Positions 36,474 to 44,515 of a stretch of 64,000 nt of DNA are shown one piece after another. The stretch spans positions 6,014 through 70,013 of the forward strand of contig JAXIPC010000009.1 in the NCBI GenBank assembly GCA_045403135.1, read 5' to 3'. Under the pieces are notes generated by a model, which made no database searches, was not told where the DNA came from, and saw only the letters and a list, made by a program, of their open reading frames with translations. A program made the translations under genes and the position numbers. This DNA is from Gemmatimonadales bacterium (GTDB lineage Bacteria; Gemmatimonadota; Gemmatimonadetes; Gemmatimonadales; GWC2-71-9). Position 1 is the stretch's first letter. Every line of letters begins with the position of its first letter.

Positions 36474-37079
36474 ATGCGCTTGCGGGTCGTGGTCGTGGTG
36501 TCAGGCAGAGGCAGCAATCTGGCGGCCCTCCTCGGCGCCCTCGGGCCAGGCGCCCCGGCGCAAGTCGTCCTGGTCATGAGCGACCGGGCCCAGGCCGGCG
36601 GTCTCGACGTGGCGCGCCAGGCGGGAATCCCGACCCAGGTCTTGAATGATATCGCCGACGCCGGGGAATGGCGGAGCGCCCTCGAGGGAACCGCCGCCGG
36701 CCTCGTGGTCCTGGCGGGGTACCTCAAGCGGGTCCCGGAGGCGGTAGTGCGCGCCTGGCGCGGCAGAATCATCAACATCCATCCGGCCCTGCTCCCCCGT
36801 CACGGTGGGCCTGGAATGTACGGACGGCGGGTGCACCAGGCCGTTCTGGACAGCGGCGAAGCGGAATCGGGCGCCACGGTCCACCTGGTCACCGAGGAAT
36901 ACGACCAGGGTCCGGTCCTGGGCCAGGCCACGGTTCCGGTTCTGCCCGGTGACACGGCTGAAGAATTGGCGGCGCGGGTCCTCGCCGCGGAGCATCGGTT
37001 GTTGCCGGCTGCGGTGCTGGCGGCGGCGAAGGCCGGCCGGCCGGTGAAGTTCGAGGTGGAAAGCTCCCTAGCTCCCTAG
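36474..37079 (+). CDS. purN: phosphoribosylglycinamide formyltransferase
   Basis: MRLRVVVVVSGRGSNLAAL, NIHPALLP and HLVTEEYDQGPV motifs. ATG 36474 chosen. Confidence 0.92.
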   Translation: MRLRVVVVVSGRGSNLAALLGALGPGAPAQVVLVMSDRAQAGGLDVARQAGIPTQVLNDIADAGEWRSALEGTAAGLVVLAGYLKRVPEAVVRAWRGRIINIHPALLPRHGGPGMYGRRVHQAVLDSGEAESGATVHLVTEEYDQGPVLGQATVPVLPGDTAEELAARVLAAEHRLLPAAVLAAAKAGRPVKFEVESSLAP

Positions 37080-37106
37080 CTCCCTGGCTTCCTGGTTCAC
37101 TGGCCT
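37062..37106. repeat. decaying period-8 direct repeat filling the purN-purH junction
   Basis: AGCTCCCT x3, then GGCTTCCT, GGTTCACT, GGCCT, then the purH ATG. The first units encode the purN C-terminus and its TAG stop. Confidence 0.85.
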
Positions 37107-38633
37107 ATGCGTGCCCTCATCTCGGTAAGCGATAAGCGCGGTATCGTGGACTTCGCGCGCGGGCTGATCGAGCTCGGGTGGGAAGTCGTCTCCACCGGCG
37201 GCACTGCCGCCGCCCTCAAGAAGGCGGGGCTGCCGGTCACGACCGTCGATCAGGTCACCGGCTTTCCCGAGATACTGGACGGACGGGTGAAGACGTTGCA
37301 CCCCGCCATCCACGCGGGGCTGCTGGCCCGGCCCCACATCGAAGGCCATCGCCGCGAGCTGGAAACCCACGGCATCCTGCCCTTCAACCTGGTGGCGGTC
37401 AACCTCTATCCCTTTCAGGCCACCATCGCCGATCCCTCGGCCACGCTCGAAGACGCCATCGAGAACATCGATGTCGGGGGCCCCTCAATGCTCCGCTCCG
37501 CCGCCAAGAACTACGAGAATGTGATCCCGGTGGTGGACCCGACCGACTACCGCTGGGTATTGGACGGGCTGCACAAGGGACCGATAACGGACGATTGCAG
37601 GCGCGCGCTCGCCGCCAAGGTCTACGGCCACACGGCGGAGTACGATACCGCGGTCGCGGGCTACCTGACCGCCCGCGGCGAAGGGCTTCCGCCCCGTATC
37701 AATCTCTCGGTGGAGCGGATGCAGGAGCTCCGCTACGGCGAGAACCCGCAGCAGCGCGCCGCGCTCTATGCCACCGAGGAGCCGCGGGGGATCCGGGACT
37801 TGACGCAGCGCCAGGGCAAGGAACTCTCCTTCAACAATCTGATGGACATTGACGCCGCCACCGCCGCGGTGGGCGCGTGGAACAACCGCCCGGCCTGCGC
37901 GATCATCAAGCACACTACACCGTGCGGCATCGCGGTGGGACGCACCGCGCTCGAGGCCCTCAACAAGGCCCGCTCGACCGATCGGGTGGCGTCGTTCGGC
38001 GGAGTCGTTGCCTGCAACACGGTGGTAGACCGCGAAATGGCTGAGTCGCTCCGCGATCTCTTCGTCGAGGTGATCGCCGCGCCCTCCATTCCGGAAGCCG
38101 CGCTCGCCGTCTTTGCCGAGAAGAAAAACCTGCGCGTAGTGGAGCTCCCGATCGGCACCCCGGCCGGTTCACTCGACTGGAAGAGTGTGCGGGGCGGGTT
38201 CCTGGTGCAGGACCGATTCACCTTCGATCCCTCGGAAGAGGGCTGGAAGGTGGTGACCACGCGGGGTCCATCCCCGGAGGAATGGAACGACCTGCGCTTT
38301 GCCTGGGCGGCCGTGGCCGCCGTCAAATCCAACGCGATCCTGGTGGCGCACAACGAGCAGGCGATCGGCATCGGCGCCGGACAGATGAGCCGGGTGGACG
38401 CGGTTTTCTTTTCGATCCACAAGGCCCGACAGCAACAACACACCACCGAGGGCGCGGCCCTGGCCTCCGATGGGTTCTTTCCGTTCCCCGACGCCGTCGA
38501 GGAGGCGGCCCGCGCCGGGATCCGGGCAATCATCCAGCCCGGCGGCTCGGTTCGGGATCCGGAAGTCATCGCCGCCGCGAACCGATACGGGATCGCAATG
38601 GTGCTGACGGGGAAACGGATGTTCCGGCACTAG
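37107..38633 (+). CDS. purH: bifunctional AICAR formyltransferase / IMP cyclohydrolase
   Basis: MRALISVSDKRGIVDFA, GGTAAAL, KTLHPAIHAGLL and the C-terminal FFPFPD...GGSVRD. Confidence 0.96.
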   Translation: MRALISVSDKRGIVDFARGLIELGWEVVSTGGTAAALKKAGLPVTTVDQVTGFPEILDGRVKTLHPAIHAGLLARPHIEGHRRELETHGILPFNLVAVNLYPFQATIADPSATLEDAIENIDVGGPSMLRSAAKNYENVIPVVDPTDYRWVLDGLHKGPITDDCRRALAAKVYGHTAEYDTAVAGYLTARGEGLPPRINLSVERMQELRYGENPQQRAALYATEEPRGIRDLTQRQGKELSFNNLMDIDAATAAVGAWNNRPACAIIKHTTPCGIAVGRTALEALNKARSTDRVASFGGVVACNTVVDREMAESLRDLFVEVIAAPSIPEAALAVFAEKKNLRVVELPIGTPAGSLDWKSVRGGFLVQDRFTFDPSEEGWKVVTTRGPSPEEWNDLRFAWAAVAAVKSNAILVAHNEQAIGIGAGQMSRVDAVFFSIHKARQQQHTTEGAALASDGFFPFPDAVEEAARAGIRAIIQPGGSVRDPEVIAAANRYGIAMVLTGKRMFRH

Positions 38634-38654
38634 TCGGGGAGCTAACCAGGAACC

Positions 38655-40949
38655 ATGCCCGAAACCCAGCGCACTCCCCCGCCCTACGCCTACGCCGCCC
38701 TCACCGGTGTCCTGGTTCTCGTGGTGTACGTGGCCACTCTGGCGCCGACGACGGCCTTCTGGGATACCTCCGAATACATCGCGGCGGCCAAGACACTGGG
38801 CATCCCGCACCCGCCGGGCAATCCGCTCTTCGTGCTGATGGCGCACGTCTTCGGGCTCCTGCCACTGTCCGGCTCCTACGCGGGACGAATCAACCTGTTC
38901 GCCGCGGTCACCAGCGCGCTGTCCGCGGGGCTCTGGTTTCTGGTGGCCGAGCGTTGGTTGCGGAACATCGCCACCGACCGCACCATCCGGCTGGGGGCCG
39001 CGTTCGCCGGCGTGCTGGTCGGCGCGGTCTCGTGGACGGTGTGGAACCAGTCGACCGTCAACGAGAAGGTCTACACCCTGTCGATGCTCTCCATGGCGGT
39101 GGTGACCTGGCTCGCGGTGCACTGGGGTGACGACGAGGCGGGGTCGCACCGGGATCGGTGGCTCATCCTGATCGGGTTCGTCATCGCGCTGTCCAGCACC
39201 AATCATATGATGGGCGTCCTGGCGCTTCCGGCTGTTGCCATCTACGTGCTGTGGACCGATTGGCGGGTCCTCCTCAAGCCGTGGGCCGCCCTCATGGGCT
39301 GGCTCCTGCTCCTGGGTGTGTCCGGCAAGCTGGGGCAGCTCATCGTCGTGCTCCTGCGCAGAGCCCCCGCCGACGGGCCGACGCTGGTGGGCGGTCTCGT
39401 GCTGCTCGGGCTCCTGGTTTGGGCGCTGATCGAAGACCGCAAGAACCCCCTGCTCTATCTGGGCATCGCCGCCGTGGTCGTGGGCCTGACTCCGAACTAT
39501 GTCTTCCTCCCGATCCGGGCCGGACAGTTGCCGCCGATCAACGAGGGCGAGCCGGTCGGGTTCTTCAGCCAGGCGCTGATGGACGTGCTCAACCGGGTGC
39601 AGTACGGCAAGCCGCCGGTCACCCAGCGACAGGCTGATATCGGGGCGCAGTTCGCCAACTACTGGCAGTACTTCAGCTGGCAGTTCAGCCGCGACTGGGG
39701 CGCCCTGCGCCCGGTGTTCACGGCCCTCTTCGCCGTGCTCGGGGTGAGCGGGCTGTGGTCCATGCTCAAGAAGGACCGCCGGGCCGGGTTCGCCGCCCTC
39801 GCCATGATCCTCACGCTGACCGTCGCCCTGATCTGGTACCTGAATTTCAGGTACGGCTTCTCGATCTACCCGGACCGTCCGGAGCTGGACCGCGAGGTGC
39901 GCGAACGGGATTACTTCTTTATCTGCTCGTTTGCCTTCTTCGGCACCCTCGTAGCCGCCGGCCTCGGCGCTCTGGCACAAACCACGGCGCAGGGCCTGCG
40001 CACTCGGTGGGCCGCCATCCCGGTGCTCGGGCTGGCCCTCGTCCCGCTGTTCGGCAACCGTCTCACGGCGAGCCGCGCCGGAGAATACGTCGCGCGGGAC
40101 TTTGCCCGCGACCTGCTCGAATCGGTGGAGCCCTACGCCATCCTCATCACCGCCGGAGACAACGATACCTTTCCGCTCTGGTACGCCCAGGAAGTCGAAC
40201 GCATTCGAACCGACGTGACGCTGGCCAACCTGTCGCTGATGAACACCGAGTGGCACCTGCGCCAGATCCGCCGGCGCACCACGCCTGACTTCGATCCCGC
40301 GACTTCGGTCGATCTCTGGAAGCCCCGGACCGATACGGCCGCTGTGACACTGGGGGTGCCGGGACCGGCGGGGTGGCCCAAGCCCACTACACCGGTGTTC
40401 ATCCAGACCGAGGCGGAGCTCGACAGCCTGCCGGAGTACTCCCGGGTGCCCAAGGACAAGGGATTCCCTTTCGGCGAGGTGGTGATCTTGTTCGGGAATG
40501 AGATTATCGACCGGAAGGACCTCGCCACCGTCCTCCTGATTCGTGACAACATCGGCAAGCGCCCGATCTACTTCGCCTGGAGCGCCGCAGACTACCCCGA
40601 CCGGACCCTCGGCTTGAGCGAGTACCTGCTTTCGCAGGGTCTGGTTCGCAAGCTTTCCACCAAGCGGCTCGAACCAGGGCAGAACACCATCCTCACCCCG
40701 ATGGCCTACGCCGACCTCGCCCGAACCAAGGCCCTTCTCGAAGCCTATCGCTGGCAAAGCGCCACCCGCGAGCGGCCCCGCGGCTGGGTGGATGCTCCAT
40801 CCGCGTCGATCCTTCGGCTCTACTCCATCATCTACGGCGGGATGGCGGCGACCCTGCGGGAACACGGCGACAGCGCTCTCGCCGATCGGGCCGATTCAAT
40901 CAGCAGCCGGGTGGACTCCGAGGTCCGGAAGGCCGGGCAATTCCGCTAG
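38655..40949 (+). CDS. DUF2723-like polytopic membrane protein (GT-C-like glycosyltransferase fold family)
   Basis: 764 aa with many TM helices. N-terminal FWDTSEYIAAAKTLGIPHPPGNPLF is the hallmark I recall for DUF2723. The 898-aa antisense ORF is rejected. Confidence 0.7.
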   Translation: MPETQRTPPPYAYAALTGVLVLVVYVATLAPTTAFWDTSEYIAAAKTLGIPHPPGNPLFVLMAHVFGLLPLSGSYAGRINLFAAVTSALSAGLWFLVAERWLRNIATDRTIRLGAAFAGVLVGAVSWTVWNQSTVNEKVYTLSMLSMAVVTWLAVHWGDDEAGSHRDRWLILIGFVIALSSTNHMMGVLALPAVAIYVLWTDWRVLLKPWAALMGWLLLLGVSGKLGQLIVVLLRRAPADGPTLVGGLVLLGLLVWALIEDRKNPLLYLGIAAVVVGLTPNYVFLPIRAGQLPPINEGEPVGFFSQALMDVLNRVQYGKPPVTQRQADIGAQFANYWQYFSWQFSRDWGALRPVFTALFAVLGVSGLWSMLKKDRRAGFAALAMILTLTVALIWYLNFRYGFSIYPDRPELDREVRERDYFFICSFAFFGTLVAAGLGALAQTTAQGLRTRWAAIPVLGLALVPLFGNRLTASRAGEYVARDFARDLLESVEPYAILITAGDNDTFPLWYAQEVERIRTDVTLANLSLMNTEWHLRQIRRRTTPDFDPATSVDLWKPRTDTAAVTLGVPGPAGWPKPTTPVFIQTEAELDSLPEYSRVPKDKGFPFGEVVILFGNEIIDRKDLATVLLIRDNIGKRPIYFAWSAADYPDRTLGLSEYLLSQGLVRKLSTKRLEPGQNTILTPMAYADLARTKALLEAYRWQSATRERPRGWVDAPSASILRLYSIIYGGMAATLREHGDSALADRADSISSRVDSEVRKAGQFR

Positions 40950-40973
40950 TTTGAAGGATGCTCGAGCCTGCCA

Positions 40974-41060
40974 GGCGTGGTGGCCGAGTGGTTTAAGGCA
41001 GCGGTCTTGAAAACCGCCAAGGGGGAAACCCCTTCGTGAGTTCGAATCTCACCCACGCCG
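40974..41060 (+). tRNA. tRNA-Ser (anticodon TGA)
   Basis: GGCGTGG TG GCC GAGTGGTTTAA GGC A GCGGT CTTGAAA ACCGC, long variable arm CAAGGGGGAAACCCCTTC, then GTGAG TTCGAAT CTCAC CCACGCC G. Type II tRNA. Confidence 0.9.
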
Positions 41061-41174
41061 TCACGACCGTGTCCCGATCGGCCGATAACTCGTCTCCAGC
41101 ACACGGGATTGGACCCGGGCGGACCCATCGGCCCGCGGACACCCATGCGCGATCTATGGGACGAGGAGGAACAC

Positions 41175-41765
41175 GTGTCACTCACTGAGCGGCGCGGTGC
41201 GGGTATACGATGTACGGTCACAGTCCTATTGGTCGGCCTGGCCCTGGGATGCGGGAAGGCGGAGCGGGTCGACCCAACCGAGGCCACGTTCGCCGAATTC
41301 ACCAAACGCATCGACGACTTCGTCGCCCTTCGTAACCGGCTGGCCGATTCCGTGGGTCAGCTCGACCCCACCGGAACCCCTGCCGAGATTACTGCCCGTT
41401 CGACCAGACTCGCCAACGCCATCATCGCGGCGCGGCCCAACGCCAAGCCCGGGGACATCTTTACACCCGAGGTGGCGACCGTCATCGCAACGCTGATCAA
41501 GGAGGAGTACAGTCGCCGGCCTCCACCTGTCATCGAGCAGCGCGGAGACGCCCAGGAGGAGTTGCCGGACTTCGTCCCCCGGGTCGACTCCCTGTATCCG
41601 ACCACCTATCCGCTGGCCACCTTCCCCGCGACCCTGTTGCCGCTGTTGCCACGGCTGCCCGAGCAGCTGGAGTACAGGGTCGTGGGCCGATACCTCGTCC
41701 TCCGCGATGTCGAGGCCAATCTCATCATCGACCTCATGCCGAACGCGCTTCCGGCGGTGGAGTAG
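41175..41765 (+). CDS. hypothetical lipoprotein
   Basis: GTG 41175 lies 4 nt after GAGGAGGA (alternative ATG at 41145). Lipobox LVGLALGC. No recognisable domain. Confidence 0.55.
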   Translation: MSLTERRGAGIRCTVTVLLVGLALGCGKAERVDPTEATFAEFTKRIDDFVALRNRLADSVGQLDPTGTPAEITARSTRLANAIIAARPNAKPGDIFTPEVATVIATLIKEEYSRRPPPVIEQRGDAQEELPDFVPRVDSLYPTTYPLATFPATLLPLLPRLPEQLEYRVVGRYLVLRDVEANLIIDLMPNALPAVE

Positions 41766-41777
41766 GAAACCGACGCC

Positions 41778-42656
41778 ATGAAACTACTTTTTCGAAATGT
41801 CCTCGCGGCTCTGACCCTCTGGCTGCCGGCCTCGGCCGTCGCGCAAGAGGTGACCCTTCCCCAGCGCAAGGGTTCGGTACGGTTCGCGGTCCTCGGGGAC
41901 GTCGGCACCGGTGATAAGGCGCAGTACACCGTGGCCAACCAGATCGCCACCTTCCGCAAGAAGTTCCCGTTCACCTTCGCGATCATGCTGGGCGACAACC
42001 TGTACGGGAGCGATCGTCCGCAGGACTACCAGAGGAAATTCGAGGTCCCCTACAAGCCGTTGCTCGACGACGGTGTGGAGTTCCACGCCGCGCTCGGAAA
42101 TCACGACGACCCCAATCAGCGGTATTACAAACCCTTCAACCTGGGAGGGCAGCGCTACACGACCTTCAAGAAGGGCAGCGTCCGGTTTTTTGTGCTCGAC
42201 AGCAATTACCTGGACCCCGAGCAGGTCAAATGGCTGGAGAAGGAGCTCGCAGCCTCGGGATCGGACTGGAAGATTGCCTACTTCCACCATCCCCTGTATA
42301 CCACCGCTCGGCGAGGCCCGGAGGTCGAGCTGCGCACCATCCTGGAGCCGATCTTCGTGAAGCACGGCGTCGAAGTGGTCTTCCAGGGCCACGAGCACAT
42401 TTACGAGCGGATCAAGCCGCAGAAGGGGATCTATTACTTCACCGCCGGCGGCTCCGCCAAACTCCGGTCCGGGGACACCCGGCCCGGTGAGCTGGTGGAG
42501 GTCGGATTCGCAACCGATCGGAGCTTTATGCTGGTCGAGATAGATGGGGACGAGCTCTACTATCAGACCATCAGCGGCGCGGGCAAGACGGTCGACAAGG
42601 GGGTGATTCGCCGGCGCGCAAGCGCGAAGCCGCCGCTTCCCCCGTACCCAAGGTGA
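41778..42656 (+). CDS. secreted calcineurin-like metallophosphoesterase (purple-acid-phosphatase-like)
   Basis: Signal peptide MKLLFRNVLAALTLWLPASAVA. Motifs GDVG, GDNLY, GNHD, FHHPLY and GHEHIYER. Confidence 0.85.
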   Translation: MKLLFRNVLAALTLWLPASAVAQEVTLPQRKGSVRFAVLGDVGTGDKAQYTVANQIATFRKKFPFTFAIMLGDNLYGSDRPQDYQRKFEVPYKPLLDDGVEFHAALGNHDDPNQRYYKPFNLGGQRYTTFKKGSVRFFVLDSNYLDPEQVKWLEKELAASGSDWKIAYFHHPLYTTARRGPEVELRTILEPIFVKHGVEVVFQGHEHIYERIKPQKGIYYFTAGGSAKLRSGDTRPGELVEVGFATDRSFMLVEIDGDELYYQTISGAGKTVDKGVIRRRASAKPPLPPYPR

Positions 42657-42753
42657 CGGCGTCCAAGGCCCTCCCAAAGGCCAAGGCTGCGGTACCGGCT
42701 CCGGCGAAGCCCAAGCCGAGCCCGAACTAGGCTGACTTGATCCGCTGGGGCCC

Positions 42754-42769
42754 TGGCACACCTCTAGCC
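42754..42769 (+). promoter_or_regulatory. sigma-54 promoter candidate TGGCAC-N5-TAGC
   Basis: TGGCACACCTCTAGCC has a perfect -24 element and GG-N10-GC spacing. The -12 reads TAGC against consensus TTGC. Lies 42 nt upstream of the start of 42811..43269. Confidence 0.35.
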
Positions 42770-42810
42770 TGTATACAGTCAAGAATCTTGACACTCAGCT
42801 AGGGATACAA

Positions 42811-43269
42811 TTGCCAAATCGGTCGCTCTCGCGCGCTGTCGTTGCTCTCTGCCTGCCGGTTCTCACCTCGGCGTGCGGCTCTCTCGCGCCCAACGAGAAT
42901 GCCCTGCCCCCCGGCGCTATGCTGATGGCCACACCCGCCGTTTATCTCGAGTGGCACGCGAAGACGGAGCAATGCAGTGGCCGAACCGGGAGCTTTTCGA
43001 CCCTCAAATTCTATGTGGTTCCAGGAGTTGAGACCTTCCCCACCCGCGACGGGCTCAAGGTCGGGGAGTGGGTAACTGAGGGCGCCTCGAGCCGAATCGT
43101 AGTTGCCGGGAAATATCAGGACCACGAAATGGTGGTGCGGCACGAGATGCTCCATTCCCTTCTCCGCGCTGACGGACATCCGTCGGAGTACTTCGTCAAC
43201 CGGTGTCAGTTGACATGGGAATCGTGGAATAGCGCTCTCGGGAGTGTGGCACAGGGATCACACGACTGA
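42811..43269 (+). CDS. small lipoprotein with HExxH motif (putative metallopeptidase-like)
   Basis: TTG start. Lipobox LPVLTSAC. HEMLH at VVRHEMLHSLL. Visibly lower GC than its neighbours. Confidence 0.5.
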   Translation: MPNRSLSRAVVALCLPVLTSACGSLAPNENALPPGAMLMATPAVYLEWHAKTEQCSGRTGSFSTLKFYVVPGVETFPTRDGLKVGEWVTEGASSRIVVAGKYQDHEMVVRHEMLHSLLRADGHPSEYFVNRCQLTWESWNSALGSVAQGSHD

Positions 43270-43344
43270 ACATCAGCCAGCAACACTGTTGCGTCAACAC
43301 AACAGACTCATGACCGATGAGCCTGATGCTGGCCTCCTGCGTCG

Positions 43345-44004
43345 TTACCGTCTCCACTCCCGCACCACGCGCGCCCGCTTGACATAGTCGAGCTTCGGAT
43401 ACAGCCGCCCGAGATAGACGTTCCCTTTCACTTCGATCGAATCCTGGGACGGACAAGTGCCCTGGCTCCCGCGCCGGCAGGAGTACTCGGCATACATCGA
43501 GTCGACCAGCTCGATCCCGGAGCGGACCTCGCCGATGGGCGGGAAACCAAAGGTGCTGGTCGTATCCAATCGGAGGTTTGCGCCAGTATTGATGTAGAGC
43601 TGCACCGACCGCGTGTTAGGCCCCGACCGGGCATAGGATACCCGCCCGCGGGTGTTGCTCTGCTTCACCGGCTCGTCCGGCAGACGCCGCTCGCCCCACA
43701 CCGAGGAGAGCGCCGGATCGCCCGCGATCCCCCACTGCACCACGAAACCGGGTACCACCCGGAAGAAGCGAGCCCCGTCGTAGTAGCCATGGGTCACTAG
43801 AAAATGGAGACGGTCGACGCCCAGCGGAGACCAGTCGCGATGGGCCGACACCAGGACGTTTCCGCGATTGGTCTCGAAGGCCACAACGAAGCTGTCCGGA
43901 GCGACCCAGGCCAGGTCCTTGGGGGTCGGTGCGAGGAGGGGTGAATGCCGGCTGCACGCCAGCGAAAGAGCAGCAAGAGAGAGGACCGTTGGCCAAGGGC
44001 GCAT
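43345..44004 (-). CDS. cyclophilin-type peptidyl-prolyl cis-trans isomerase, lipoprotein
   Basis: FETNRGNVLV...YYDGARFFRVVPGFVVQWG cyclophilin core. ATG 44004 gives MRPWPTVLSLAALSLAC (lipobox). Confidence 0.85.
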   Translation of the reverse strand: MRPWPTVLSLAALSLACSRHSPLLAPTPKDLAWVAPDSFVVAFETNRGNVLVSAHRDWSPLGVDRLHFLVTHGYYDGARFFRVVPGFVVQWGIAGDPALSSVWGERRLPDEPVKQSNTRGRVSYARSGPNTRSVQLYINTGANLRLDTTSTFGFPPIGEVRSGIELVDSMYAEYSCRRGSQGTCPSQDSIEVKGNVYLGRLYPKLDYVKRARVVREWRR

Positions 44005-44050
44005 ACCCAAATGTCGACATCTCGCTCGCAATTTGGCACCCCAGCTCTCT

Positions 44051-44098
44051 TAGCGTCCTAGTGTCCTAGTGTCCTAGTGTCTTAGCGTCTTAGCGTTT
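44051..44098. repeat. six tandem 8-mers TAG(C/T)GTC(C/T)
   Basis: TAGCGTCC TAGTGTCC TAGTGTCC TAGTGTCT TAGCGTCT TAGCGTTT. A TAG every 8 nt puts a stop twice in each plus-strand frame. Confidence 0.9.
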
Positions 44099-44403
44099 CA
44101 CCGGACTGGGTAGAGGGGGATCCACAAATCCGGGAGCCGTATGTTTCGGGATATCCACATCGACCGCTGTGCACGCAACTGCATCCGATTGTTCGACTTA
44201 CCACCAGCACTCTAAGCACGATTCACACCAGATGACGACAACTGTCGAGCGGTGTGGAACACGGCGTGGGAGAATCGCTTACGGGGGAACCCATCGGTGG
44301 GCGCCCGGGGTACGCTCCCGCATTGTGAGAGGGAAAGCGGTTGCGTAAGTCGTGGCGGGGTGGCAATTTCACAACCCGCGGTTCGGTTCACACCGCGTTG
44401 CTG

Positions 44404-44493
44404 GGAGTGGTGGCCGAGAGGCTTAAGGCACCGGTTTGCTAAACCGGCATAGGGGGTCAACCTCTATCGAGGGTTCGAATCCCTCCCGCTCCG
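44404..44493 (+). tRNA. tRNA-Ser (anticodon GCT)
   Basis: GGAGTGG TG GCC GAGAGGCTTAA GGC A CCGGT TTGCTAA ACCGG, long variable arm, then GAGGG TTCGAAT CCCTC CCGCTCC G. Confidence 0.9.
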
Positions 44494-44515
44494 TTCCCCC
44501 CGTCAGGCCCCCAAC

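Noticed and set aside
38169-40865. 898-aa minus-strand ORF, the longest single ORF in that region
   Set aside because: It is entirely antisense to the DUF2723-like membrane protein gene. Its translation is Arg/Gly/Pro/His-rich low complexity with no domain-like blocks. This is the typical stop-poor antisense frame of GC-rich DNA.
40974-41060. tRNA near selA considered as tRNA-Sec (selC)
   Set aside because: The anticodon is TGA (reads UCA Ser codons), not TCA. The acceptor and T arms have ordinary type-II tRNA-Ser geometry.
43286-43305. CTGTTG-N8-CAACAG hairpin between the convergent genes 42811..43269 and 43345..44004, considered as a bidirectional terminator
   Set aside because: The stem is only 6 bp, AT-containing, and has no flanking U/A tracts. 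That is too weak to call.
44034-44039. Additional TGGCAC hexamers (44034 and 49565, plus intragenic ones at 30146 and 40254) as sigma-54 promoters
   Set aside because: None has a GC dinucleotide at the required N10 spacing, or they lie inside coding sequence.
20586-44098. Tandem repeats considered as CRISPR arrays
   Set aside because: The units are only 7-8 nt, directly abutting with no unique spacers. The arrays are under 80 nt and no cas genes are present.
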